IMG/VR virus record: IMGVR_UViG_3300028591_000111
Origin: an uncultured virus (IMG/VR IMGVR_UViG_3300028591_000111)
Taxonomy: Duplodnaviria; Heunggongvirae; Uroviricota; Caudoviricetes
Strand: one strand, 5' to 3'
DNA: 64,000 nucleotides
Below are positions 40,246-50,297 of the stretch, piece by piece. The position numbers were made by a program, and so were the translations under genes. The notes below the pieces were generated by a model. The model worked only from the letters and a program-made list of their open reading frames with translations. It was not told the origin of the DNA and searched no databases. Position 1 is the first letter of the stretch; every line of letters begins with the position of its first letter.

Positions 40246-41036
40246 ATTGTATATTGTGATCCTCCATATAGAGGGACTACTGGCTATGAAGAACAAATTA
40301 ACTATGAGGAATTTTATGATTGGTGTTATTATTTGAAATATAATAAAGATTGCAATGTGTTTATTTCTGAATATGAAATAAATGATGACAGATTTTTATG
40401 TATAGCAGAAAAAGAAAAGCGTGTCAGTGTTAATGACAAGAAAACGACAGTGCGAACAGAAAGGCTTTATCGTGTGAGGTGATGAAGTTGTTATGCGTTA
40501 TGGCAGAAGTAAAGTGTTTAAGTAGAAATGATGGTAATAGTTATAGTGCAACAGAAAAGCTATTTAAATCGCAAATTGTCAGGCGATTGTGATTATGGCT
40601 GAATTGGCTTTGGGGGTTGGCTGCTGTTGGTCAGAACTTGTGAAATGAAAGCGAGCTGTTCAGACTGAGACAGGTTATGGAACAAATCTATCAGCGTATT
40701 AACGCTTATAGGGGGGGATGCGCAAAACATGATTTTAACTCCGATAGTCAGTGTCGTTACTGGCTTAGTCCATACACATGATGGACGTTAATTGGAGTTT
40801 AGCTAAGAATGTGCTGAAGTCAAGCTGAATTGTGTTGAAAAGTGACGGTTTTGTCTGGTAAAATAAGCGAAGAATGTAGGAAAATTTCCTACATAATTAT
40901 TTACATTTAACAATGAATAAGGTATACATATGGAAAAGAATGGAAAGGAAAGGCTAATTATTGATTTTATTGCTGTCAAGCAAATAATCTATCTATCCTT
41001 CAACATTTTTCACTTTTGTTTGAGTTGGAGGTAAAT

Positions 41037-43628
41037 ATGGTTAAAAATAATAAAAAATCTCAATCTGTTGAACCAGAGATAACTGACCTTGCAACAAGTT
41101 GGCTAAAATCATATAAACTCGACTACAAATTACAACAAGCATCACTAAACGATTCAATCGACAAAGCATTGAATTATTATTTTTCAAAGCAGGGTGGTAA
41201 TGGTGGAAATCGTCCTGATGCTAAACTTTTGCTTCAGGACAAAAACTTACAGTGGTATCCAATTCTAATTGAGTTTAAAGGATACAAAGAATGTCTTGAA
41301 AAATTAAATGATTTTGGGCAGATCTCAAATAAGACAGTTAAAAATGAAATTGACTTTAAAAGTATCAATGAATATGCCGTGAATGGGGCAGTACATTATG
41401 CTAATGCTATTTTGCAATATACAGATTATACGGACATTATTTCCATAGGCATGACTGGATGGAAAGATGAAAGAGGAATACTTAATCACAGGATTGGTGT
41501 TTACTATGTATCCAAAAGCAACTTTGGTGTCGGGCAAAAAGTAGATGATTATTCAGATTTGTCTTTTCTCAAAAAAGATAACTTTGATGAATTCATTCTG
41601 AAAGTAAAATCTTTACATCTATCTCAGGAAGAAACAGAACGAATCAAAGAAAAGCGAGAGCAGGAAATCAGTGCAAGCCTTGTCAAATTAAATAATGATA
41701 TATACAAAAATGAAAGAGGTCTTGGTGAAAATGATCGTGTCTATCTCGTAGCAGCGTCAATTATAGCCACATTAGGCATACCTGGAAAAGTCTCAGTTTT
41801 AGAAAAATCTGATCTTAAATCCTCACAGGAAGAAGGCAATAGAGACGGAGATATTCTCTTGCGAAAGATTAAGGCATTTTTATCTGAAAAGAAGCTGCCT
41901 AAAGAAAAGATGGATTTAATTATACGAACATTGCAGAATACACTTACTACAGACAACATCAACAAAAGTGAGAATGGAGAAAGTCAACTCAAAAGAGTAT
42001 TCTCAAAAATCGTGGATGACCTTGGTATTTATTATAGGATAGGTCTAACAACCGATTTTACTGGAAAGCTATTTAATGAAATGTATAACTGGCTTGGCTT
42101 TACGCAGGATAGACTAAATGATGTTGTATTGACACCAAGTTATGTCGCTAGTTTTTTGGCAAAATTAGCTCGGGTAAATATGGATACATACGTCTGGGAC
42201 TTTGCCACTGGATCAGCAGGACTTTTAGTTGCGGCAATGAATATTATGATTGATGATGCGAAAGCAAAGCTCAAAAGTCCTGAAAAACTAAAACAAAAAT
42301 TAGCACATATTAAGGCTGAGCAATTATTAGGTATAGAGATACTTCCTCAAATTTATATGCTCGCTATTCTGAATATGATTTTAATGGGAGATGGTTCGAG
42401 TAACATTCTGAACAAAGATTCACTGACAGATTTTGAAGGCAATTACGGTTTTGTTCGCTCTCAAGAAAAATTTCCAGCAGATGCTTTTATTCTAAATCCG
42501 CCCTATTCAGCCAGTGGAAACGGAATGATCTTTGTGGAAAAAGCACTTTCAATGATGAATAAGGGCTATGCTGCAATCATCGTACAGAATAGTACAGGGA
42601 GTGGAAAAGCTGTTGAATATAATAGAAATATATTAAAACATTCCACGTTGTTAGCAAGCATAAAGATGCCTACAGATTTGTTTGTAGGAAAATCGAGTGT
42701 ACAAACTAATGTCTATGTATTTAAAATTGGTGAAGCTCATCAAAAGGATGATGTAGTTAAGTTTATTGATTTTTCTAATGATGGTTATACGCGAACAGCT
42801 AGAAAAAAGGCTAGTGTAAATCTTAAAGATACAGATATGGCTAAAGAACGATATAATGAGGTTGTAAATTTAGTTCGCTATGGAAAGAGTAAATTAAGTA
42901 TATTTTCTGAAAAAGAATACTATGAAGGAACTATAAATCCTAATAATGGTGCTGATTGGAATCAGAGTGCCCCTATTGATATAAATCCTACTTTTGAAGA
43001 TTTCAAAAAGAATGTCTCTGATTACCTTGTATGGGAAATTAGCACTATTTTGAAAAATCAAACTAATGTGGATAATTGCCTGTTAAAATGTCCACTTAAT
43101 GCAGAATTGAATAGTGTTAGGTGGGGAGAATTTAAAGTGTCTGAGTTGTTTGAGGTTCAAAGAATTCAAAAGATGCTTTCAAAAACAGATACAACTGATT
43201 ATGGTGATTATCCTGTGTATTCTTCTGAATCATCAAATAATGGAATTATAGGATATACTAGTAATCCAGAATTTATCTGTAATGAACAACATCCTATATA
43301 TATTACTTTCGGCGACCATACAAGAATGTTTAATATAGCAAATAAGAGTTTTTCGGTTATTGACAATGTTAAAGTCTTATTACCTACTCCAATTTGCACA
43401 AGCAGTATTAAATCTCTCTTATATATTACCTCTGTTTGGAAAAAACAGATTCCATCATTGGGGTATTCGAGACACTGGAAGATAGCAAAAAATTGTATAC
43501 TGCGTCTTCCAGTTAAGTTAGACGGAAAGATTGATTTCTCAATGATTGAAACCTTTATTACAGCCATTCAAAAGCTATTGACAACGGGTATTTTAAGGTA
43601 TGTTAATGAGAATTTAGAACAACAATGA
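41037..43628 (+). CDS. Type IIG/BcgI-like restriction-modification fusion (nuclease + N6-MTase + TRD)
   Basis: PD...IEFK nuclease; WDFATGSAG and NPPY MTase; C-terminal WGEFKVSELF HsdS-like TRD; GGAGG RBS. Confidence 0.85.
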   Translation: MVKNNKKSQSVEPEITDLATSWLKSYKLDYKLQQASLNDSIDKALNYYFSKQGGNGGNRPDAKLLLQDKNLQWYPILIEFKGYKECLEKLNDFGQISNKTVKNEIDFKSINEYAVNGAVHYANAILQYTDYTDIISIGMTGWKDERGILNHRIGVYYVSKSNFGVGQKVDDYSDLSFLKKDNFDEFILKVKSLHLSQEETERIKEKREQEISASLVKLNNDIYKNERGLGENDRVYLVAASIIATLGIPGKVSVLEKSDLKSSQEEGNRDGDILLRKIKAFLSEKKLPKEKMDLIIRTLQNTLTTDNINKSENGESQLKRVFSKIVDDLGIYYRIGLTTDFTGKLFNEMYNWLGFTQDRLNDVVLTPSYVASFLAKLARVNMDTYVWDFATGSAGLLVAAMNIMIDDAKAKLKSPEKLKQKLAHIKAEQLLGIEILPQIYMLAILNMILMGDGSSNILNKDSLTDFEGNYGFVRSQEKFPADAFILNPPYSASGNGMIFVEKALSMMNKGYAAIIVQNSTGSGKAVEYNRNILKHSTLLASIKMPTDLFVGKSSVQTNVYVFKIGEAHQKDDVVKFIDFSNDGYTRTARKKASVNLKDTDMAKERYNEVVNLVRYGKSKLSIFSEKEYYEGTINPNNGADWNQSAPIDINPTFEDFKKNVSDYLVWEISTILKNQTNVDNCLLKCPLNAELNSVRWGEFKVSELFEVQRIQKMLSKTDTTDYGDYPVYSSESSNNGIIGYTSNPEFICNEQHPIYITFGDHTRMFNIANKSFSVIDNVKVLLPTPICTSSIKSLLYITSVWKKQIPSLGYSRHWKIAKNCILRLPVKLDGKIDFSMIETFITAIQKLLTTGILRYVNENLEQQ

Positions 43629-43756
43629 GAACATTAATCCAGAATCTATCTAACCCATAGTAGGCGTTACACCCGCCTACTTTTCCCTTGACTGGCATTC
43701 ATACTCTGCTAAAATCTCCATGCAGGGGTTATCCTGCCTGTCATGCGAGGTGAGTT

Positions 43757-44296
43757 ATGGTTTTTGAAGATTTTATTGAACAGTTATTTACATCTATTAA
43801 ATCATCTAACGGCGCACTGACCTGCTTCGTTTATGTGGACGGTGAAGAACTGTTAAATACAACATGTTTATTCAAAGATGTGCTGTCTGATGCTGTCTCA
43901 TGTGCAGATAGACTTTCTTTAGCTATTGATCCTGTTGTTGGTCAGGCTGTCAGAGAAAACAAATCAGTCGCTTTAATGGCTGTTGTTTCTTTTGGCGATA
44001 ATGATGAAGTTTATCGGTTTAAGTATTCTGATGGCGAGATGGTAAGCTATCAATCACTCAATGAATCTAAAATATATAATGAGTTTGTCTCTCAAGCTGG
44101 TCATATTCCGACATTCGATGAAATGGTTACTCCCTCAAAAGAACAATTAGAACTTATGAGACATAATGGAGTCGAAGAAACAAAAGAAAGATATGATAAA
44201 AGAGTCAGTATAATGAAAAAAGTGTTTGGTGATAAAGATATTGAGATAAATGAACTGTTTGATTTGTACGATAAATACACAGAAACTTTTTTCTGA
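43757..44296 (+). CDS. Hypothetical protein
   Basis: GAGG RBS; TCTATCTA upstream at about 43645. Confidence 0.65.
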   Translation: MVFEDFIEQLFTSIKSSNGALTCFVYVDGEELLNTTCLFKDVLSDAVSCADRLSLAIDPVVGQAVRENKSVALMAVVSFGDNDEVYRFKYSDGEMVSYQSLNESKIYNEFVSQAGHIPTFDEMVTPSKEQLELMRHNGVEETKERYDKRVSIMKKVFGDKDIEINELFDLYDKYTETFF

Positions 44297-44302
44297 TTAG
44301 GG

Positions 44303-44812
44303 GTGTATTCCATGCCAGTTAAATATAATGGTAAGATATATAGATTTTATATTAAAAAAGATGTTCGTTTAAAGATTAACGAAATCATCATGAACAATAT
44401 TAATTATGGTTTATGGGTCGGTGATGTGAATAAAGCCAAATCAAGAAACAAAAACTTAAAAGATAATATTGAAAATGCGAGGAATGGAGCAATTGGTAAA
44501 CATTATGCAACACTTCCTGACGGTTCTTTGGTTTTTAGAAGAGAGATTGATTCTGTTCCTGTTGGTGATAAGAGAGAACCAAGAAGACTATCTCCGAATT
44601 TGAGATATTTTCTATTCATTATTTTTAACGGAAGAAGTTTTCGAGCAGAAAAGATGTTCGGATCTATGGAAAACTGGAAAGATGGTTATTTAAAGGATGA
44701 GCTGAAAGCAACGATAAATGAGTCACTTTGCAGATTTAATAGACATGTTTTTTTATCTCATTATCTTGAGCGTGGTAGACGTGCGATAAAGCGTAGTTTG
44801 TATAGTTGGTAA
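44303..44812 (+). CDS. Hypothetical basic protein
   Basis: 169 aa ORF; C-terminal INES + Arg-rich tail. Confidence 0.6.
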   Translation: MYSMPVKYNGKIYRFYIKKDVRLKINEIIMNNINYGLWVGDVNKAKSRNKNLKDNIENARNGAIGKHYATLPDGSLVFRREIDSVPVGDKREPRRLSPNLRYFLFIIFNGRSFRAEKMFGSMENWKDGYLKDELKATINESLCRFNRHVFLSHYLERGRRAIKRSLYSW

Positions 44813-44961
44813 CTAGCGTCCGATATACGAATGCATTAACACGCCAATTTTTCCGCCATATCCACGATCGTTAAACAGAGCCAAAAAGTTTATAATGATG
44901 ATACAATTATTATTGCAACGTAAGCTATAATAGATAGCTTATTTGAAAAATCTATGATGCT

Positions 44962-45639
44962 TTGAATAAACAAACAGTGATGCAGTCAGTAATGCAATTA
45001 GAAATAGAAAAATATGCGAATATGACGCCTAGCTTTGGCATTGAATATGGCAGCGCAATAGACTCATTGAAAGCTGACAGTCTTGTTTTCTTTGATGTGC
45101 ATGACATGTTTATTGAAGATTTTGCTCGTCTGCCATCATTTGCAAAATGCTTCTATGAAATTGTTACGGATAACAAAATCATCCCGAAGCAAGCTGAGTT
45201 CTGTTGTGAATATATCGACAAGAATATCAGGAATATAATGTATGACAATTCGATTAGCTATGGCAACAAAGATAGTTTGTGCAGTGGTCTTACGGCTCGT
45301 CTGCATCGAACATATCCATCGTTAGTTCGTGATTTAATGTTCAATCTTTATGTATGGAATGAATGCCGTGACGTTTATGCAATGTATAATATTGAATTGG
45401 ATTATAAGCACGGCATTGACTGTCTTGTTGAAAAAGATGGATTGTTATTCGGATTGTGTTTGTTTACTGACACAGCGCGTTCTGTTTATTATCGTGGTGC
45501 AAAGAAAACAGTCAGGCACACAGAATTTGATAATGTCATTATGATCGAAGCGCCACTGAATTTAGATGATGCTTTTGTGTGTGGTGATTTCAAACTTTAT
45601 GATGAAAAATATATTGATCGTGTCATCTGTGATTTATGA
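44962..45639 (+). CDS. Putative PD-(D/E)XK restriction-endonuclease-like protein
   Basis: RTYPSLVRD...ELDYKHGIDCLV pattern; family assignment tentative. Confidence 0.5.
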   Translation: MNKQTVMQSVMQLEIEKYANMTPSFGIEYGSAIDSLKADSLVFFDVHDMFIEDFARLPSFAKCFYEIVTDNKIIPKQAEFCCEYIDKNIRNIMYDNSISYGNKDSLCSGLTARLHRTYPSLVRDLMFNLYVWNECRDVYAMYNIELDYKHGIDCLVEKDGLLFGLCLFTDTARSVYYRGAKKTVRHTEFDNVIMIEAPLNLDDAFVCGDFKLYDEKYIDRVICDL

Positions 45640-45683
45640 CAAAAAAAAAGAGCATGTTTTATTTCCATGCTCTTTTTCTAAAA

Positions 45684-46337
45684 TCATCTATTTCTAATAT
45701 TTTTTATTCTTCTAAATCTGGATTCCATTTTTGAATCCAGATAATCTTTAACACCTTCTGCAATATCATTTAATTCAGATTCTTCAAGAGATGTAGTTAA
45801 AATATCCTCATCACCATCCATTAATTCTGGTTCTAAACAATAATAATCATCAAAAGAATAAAACTCTACTGGAAACGCATACTCTAAGGTCATCTCATTG
45901 AGAGGATGTACCATATCTTGAAAACGTAACCACATCGTCAGAACTAAATTTTCTAAATCTTCTTCATCATCTTCAGAATAATCTTTCATAAATTCTATAT
46001 GATCTTCAATAGCATTGCTCCAACCTTTTTCCACACTTGAGAGGTCTATATCATTTAAAGAATTAAATTTAGAAAGTTCTAAACAGCTAATATTCCATCT
46101 AAATAGTGGTTCTGCCGTGGTAAAACCAGAACCTTCGATTCCAAATCCGTGTTGAAATCCTATATAATCAGCAACTTTTTCTCCATATTTTTCAACAATT
46201 TCCTTTGACAAGGAAATAATAGAATCTAAAATTTCTTCTAACATAGAAGAATCATATAAACTCTCTGCTGTTTTGCTTTCAAATTTTCTTCTTAAAGATC
46301 TTTTTTCAAATTTTCTGTTTTTAAATCTTCTAATCAT
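45684..46337 (-). CDS. MIRR-leader family protein
   Basis: MIRRFKNRKFEKRSLRRKFES; C-terminal MESRFRRIKNIRNR. Confidence 0.75.
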   Translation of the reverse strand: MIRRFKNRKFEKRSLRRKFESKTAESLYDSSMLEEILDSIISLSKEIVEKYGEKVADYIGFQHGFGIEGSGFTTAEPLFRWNISCLELSKFNSLNDIDLSSVEKGWSNAIEDHIEFMKDYSEDDEEDLENLVLTMWLRFQDMVHPLNEMTLEYAFPVEFYSFDDYYCLEPELMDGDEDILTTSLEESELNDIAEGVKDYLDSKMESRFRRIKNIRNR

Positions 46338-46367
46338 AACGCGCCTCAAAATTGAAAAGTTATATAG

Positions 46368-46480
46368 GAAAGACGCGCCATTATTACAATGAAAGACGCG
46401 CCATTATTACAATGAAAGACGCGCCATTATTACAATGAAAGACGCGCCATTATTACAATGAAAGACGCGCCATTATTACA
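46368..46480 (-). repeat. Perfect 23-bp tandem repeat x4.9 (gaaagacgcgccattattacaat)
   Basis: Directly visible; abuts TTTCTATCTA at 46481-46490 (-). Confidence 0.96.
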
Positions 46481-46500
46481 TAGATAGAAACCCAATTTTT

Positions 46501-46815
46501 CTATTCGACAATATCCTCAACAGAACGAATAGTGTCATCGACAAAACGCTGCACATCACGTTTTGTTTCAACGTGCATATTACGCAGATTAACGACCAAA
46601 TAAGATTCGCAATATGTGCCAGACGTTTTGACATGCAATTCTGCATCTGCATTATCAAGGTACATTATGACTTCATTACCATGTGTAGAGACTGTATCAA
46701 ACATGTCGCCATGCTTGCTTTTAATTTCTTTGACAACAGCTTCGACAGATGCGACATCGAGTGTGTCAGATTGTCTGTCATCCATCCATGATTCTCTTTT
46801 ACATCGTCTAATCAT
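46501..46815 (-). CDS. MIRR-leader family protein
   Basis: MIRRCKRES after GGGAG RBS. Confidence 0.7.
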   Translation of the reverse strand: MIRRCKRESWMDDRQSDTLDVASVEAVVKEIKSKHGDMFDTVSTHGNEVIMYLDNADAELHVKTSGTYCESYLVVNLRNMHVETKRDVQRFVDDTIRSVEDIVE

Positions 46816-47108
46816 AGCTTTAACTCCCTGCATTTCTCTAAAAATGTTTCCTCGCATGTATCACCTGACACATACCAATCATACGCGTGCAAAGCACCTG
46901 CTAATTTCTTAGATAGCTTTACGATTTTTTTTAGATATTTAATTGTTTCTTTTGAATGCTGAAAACCGTAGTCTTCTGAATAACCGTTTAATTCTGTGTT
47001 TTCGTTTGCCTGTTCCCAAGTGACATCGTTATATTTAATATCATGTTTAATTATTTCTGCAAAGTCATAAATGCGAGAATCTTGGTAATCGAAGTGGCCG
47101 CCGCTCAT
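46812..47108 (-). CDS. Hypothetical phage protein
   Basis: MSGGHFDY...DWYVSGD pattern. Confidence 0.7.
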   Translation of the reverse strand: MSGGHFDYQDSRIYDFAEIIKHDIKYNDVTWEQANENTELNGYSEDYGFQHSKETIKYLKKIVKLSKKLAGALHAYDWYVSGDTCEETFLEKCRELKL

Positions 47109-47325
47109 TGTTTATCTCCAAAGTAGGTGTTAATTAAATTGATCATATTAGGAATATCATCCTTTATTTTCTGAATTTTAGTTTCCTCTCGCTCTAAGAA
47201 TTGTCTAATATTATTCTTAGCTTCCTTTATACCTAACTGTGCGCCAATTAAATCAGGAAAATAAATAGAGTCTTTATCATTTTTATCTGTTGATATATTG
47301 AACGAAATCATATTGATCATAACAA

Positions 47326-47988
47326 TCACCAGTCAGCATTGAGAACAATCTGTTCGTTGCTCCAGTCAGTCTCATTTAAAATATTTGAGAACTGGCAATA
47401 CATCTCACATACTTTGCAGAATAAATAAGCGTCTTCGCTGTCGAAAATATCAGAACATATTTCGTTGGCTTCATCTTCTAACTCGCCTGACAGAATACCA
47501 TTTTTGAAAGTTAGATATTCGGGTTTTACACCGCCCCATCGTTGCGTATCCCCATTGTATTCTAATGGTGAATGTTCTATCTTATATCCTTTATCTGTGA
47601 AATGTTTTATCACCATCTTAATTGTTTTCTCAGCAAGATTTTTTGCTTCTTCTAATTGCTCTTTTGTAACTGCTTTATCATTGGCATAATCAGAATCAGC
47701 ATATCCAAAGAAATGTAATACCCACCAGAATTTACGGAAATAGGCAACCTCACAATTACTGTCATCATAGTAATCGGATTCTCGTTCTACAAACTGATTT
47801 ATAGCTTTTGTTAAGCATTCGTTAAGTCGTTCTTCTGACAATAGTGTATATTCTTTTAGGCGCTTTAATGCTTGCAACAATTCTGTGTCAGATGAAAGTT
47901 CTGACACTTCTTTTAACACATCGACGCCATCCACTTTATGTTCTGGTTTTATTTTTTTTCTGTTATAGAAATGTACGTCAAGTCCCAT
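47326..47988 (-). CDS. Hypothetical phage protein
   Basis: MGLD...EVAYFRK...ADW pattern; GGAG RBS. Confidence 0.7.
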   Translation of the reverse strand: MGLDVHFYNRKKIKPEHKVDGVDVLKEVSELSSDTELLQALKRLKEYTLLSEERLNECLTKAINQFVERESDYYDDSNCEVAYFRKFWWVLHFFGYADSDYANDKAVTKEQLEEAKNLAEKTIKMVIKHFTDKGYKIEHSPLEYNGDTQRWGGVKPEYLTFKNGILSGELEDEANEICSDIFDSEDAYLFCKVCEMYCQFSNILNETDWSNEQIVLNADW

Positions 47989-48000
47989 TGTTTAATCTCC

Positions 48001-49116
48001 TTATTCCTTTTGCCATATCCAAATCGGCTCAACAAAAATACCTTCTTTGTTTGCAAAGCTGTTAGGACGCTTCGCCATTCTCATACCTAGCAGTCCGCAA
48101 TATTTCAATCCTTTTTCTTTTATATACATATTCATTGGATCGCATATATTGTTTATTTGATGGTTTGAATATACATCCGATATATTGATAATCAAATAAC
48201 CTTTAGGCTTCAAACATTTAACAGACAAATCTATTGATTTGTAAAGAAATTTATTTAACCAATCATCCAGCTTTCTATATCTTTTGTAAGATTGTGTTTC
48301 TTCGCTCGAATAGCGTTCGATGTTAAAATAAGGCGGCGACGTAAATACTGTATCTACAATGTTTTCTTCTAACTCAACTTCTTCTGCTGGCAGATTTATA
48401 AAACTTGTTTCTTTTGCTTCTGTGAGTGTGCTATAAAAGTTTGACTGCAAAGAATATTTTTCAAACACTCTGGTGTTTGGATCAATCCCTATATAAGAAC
48501 GCGTGTTCTGGCAAGCATAAAAGCCGCAAAGCCTATCCCCCCATCCAGCACTAAAATCCAATACATCAACTGAATTGAATTTTTCATAAATAGATTTTGC
48601 AACTGCTGGCTTAAACTGAGAAGCTATATATTTTCTTAATGATAAACATGTTCTAAAAATATGTGAATTTAATTCTTTTACTTTTAACGTCCATAAAGAC
48701 TTCAAAAGACTATTCAGGAATTTGTCACTATTCCATGTTCTATATGGAGATGGACTATTTATGCAATCACAAAGGAATCTGCTCTCTTGTTGAAAATAAT
48801 CCGATGCTAAACTTCCAATATTTGTTTCATCTATAAAAGAACCATCGCCAACAGAATCAAATGAATATGGATATCTTGTAACTAAAGTTCCTTGTTTTAT
48901 TTCCTTACATTTATATGATACAAGTTCTAAAAAACTACTTTTTGCTTCTTGTTCTGTAATCTTTTTTAATGGCAGATTGATGTCGCCTGATAATATCAAC
49001 TGCTTTAAAGATGCTGTTATATCATCACAGCTATAAGTGCTTTTCAGTTGTTCCCAACTCTGTCTATCAATGTTTATTTCGCCGTCTGTTATGTAAGATG
49101 ATAGATCTGTAATCAT
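48001..49116 (-). CDS. DNA methyltransferase
   Basis: LDFSAGWGDRL (motif I), TSPPYF (motif IV); probable start MITDL. Confidence 0.85.
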   Translation of the reverse strand: MITDLSSYITDGEINIDRQSWEQLKSTYSCDDITASLKQLILSGDINLPLKKITEQEAKSSFLELVSYKCKEIKQGTLVTRYPYSFDSVGDGSFIDETNIGSLASDYFQQESRFLCDCINSPSPYRTWNSDKFLNSLLKSLWTLKVKELNSHIFRTCLSLRKYIASQFKPAVAKSIYEKFNSVDVLDFSAGWGDRLCGFYACQNTRSYIGIDPNTRVFEKYSLQSNFYSTLTEAKETSFINLPAEEVELEENIVDTVFTSPPYFNIERYSSEETQSYKRYRKLDDWLNKFLYKSIDLSVKCLKPKGYLIINISDVYSNHQINNICDPMNMYIKEKGLKYCGLLGMRMAKRPNSFANKEGIFVEPIWIWQKE

Positions 49117-49129
49117 TTTATAGATGACC

Positions 49130-49900
49130 TTAAAAAAGATTCTTTTGCGGAACGTGTGTTTCGATGCGTTGCTTTGCGACATTGAAATAATTGTCATCCA
49201 GTTCAATGCCTATGAATTTACGATTAGTGTTTAAACAAGCAACACCTGTACTACCAGAACCCATGCAGTTATCTAACACAACATCGTTTTCATTGCTATA
49301 TGTTTTTATCAGATACTCACATAAGGCAACAGGTTTTTGTGTCGGATGCAAACCAACCTCTGTATTAAATTTCTGAATAGATGATGGATAACGCTTTTTC
49401 GGTAAATCTACAAACATTTGTTTCTTAAATCCATCGCCATAAATATGTGTTTTTGTGTTATATTGTAGTTTATAATTTGTTCTTTCCAATCCTGCTTTGC
49501 TTCTTTCCTCCATAATTGGATTATATTCTGGCTTGCCATAAGAAAACACAAAAACAGATTCATGTTCACGCATTGGTTGGTATTTCACACAAGCGAAGTT
49601 ACTGCCACGGTTTTTCTGCCATATCCAATCATGTTTATATGCTTTCAAATTACTTGAAACTAACATAGCAGAAAATGGCATAGAACCAAACAAAACTATA
49701 GCCGCATCTTTTTTGCAAACACGTTTATAGTTTTCCCATAAACGATCAAAAGGAATTAAAACATCCCATTTACAACCTGTCATTTGATAAGGCAAATCAC
49801 AAAGAACCATATCAATACTGTTGTCTGGTAGTGACTGCATTACCTCTAAACAGTCACCATGATATAATTCATATTTATCTGTAATAACAGAAGCCATCAC
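49130..49900 (-). CDS. DNA methyltransferase (N4C/N6A, beta class)
   Basis: GDCLE, DLPY, HPTQKP, LDNCMGSGSTG. Confidence 0.9.
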   Translation of the reverse strand: MMASVITDKYELYHGDCLEVMQSLPDNSIDMVLCDLPYQMTGCKWDVLIPFDRLWENYKRVCKKDAAIVLFGSMPFSAMLVSSNLKAYKHDWIWQKNRGSNFACVKYQPMREHESVFVFSYGKPEYNPIMEERSKAGLERTNYKLQYNTKTHIYGDGFKKQMFVDLPKKRYPSSIQKFNTEVGLHPTQKPVALCEYLIKTYSNENDVVLDNCMGSGSTGVACLNTNRKFIGIELDDNYFNVAKQRIETHVPQKNLF

Positions 49901-50297
49901 TCATTCTCCTGAAAGAGTCTGTTTCGTAAGATATTCAGTTACATTATTAAGTTCTTTAAGAGCTTCCATGATAGAAACCTTGCAATTACACTCTTCTTTA
50001 TCACTCATTTTAAGATCATCTGAAAACCTATATAGTTCATCAGAGATATCTATGATATGTTTATGTAGAAGTTTTAGTTGTTTAATTTTTAATGATTTGC
50101 TTAGTGATGACAGCATTTCATAATCAATTACTTTTCTGTCATCTTCTTCATACTCAGCATCAAATATAGTACAGCCATACATAGGGCTATATGTTACCTT
50201 ATTATCTGACATCTCTTATGTCTCCTTTTATACAGCAAAAACTGAATACAGTAGGTATATTTTTTAAAGAATATACCTACTGTATCTCTTGGACTAA

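Larger units (their letters stand above)
37952..40482 (+). pseudogene. Dam-like (D12 class) adenine methyltransferase split by a TnpB element
   Basis: LPYKGRK, DVFCGG, NDL in the 5' part; joining 38707 to 40246 gives DGSC|IVYCDPPY in frame. Confidence 0.85.

Noticed and set aside
1..46480. Tandem repeats (1-247, 21455-21536, 22864-22917, 46368-46480) as CRISPR arrays
   Set aside because: Units are identical head-to-tail with no unique spacers, and there are no cas genes
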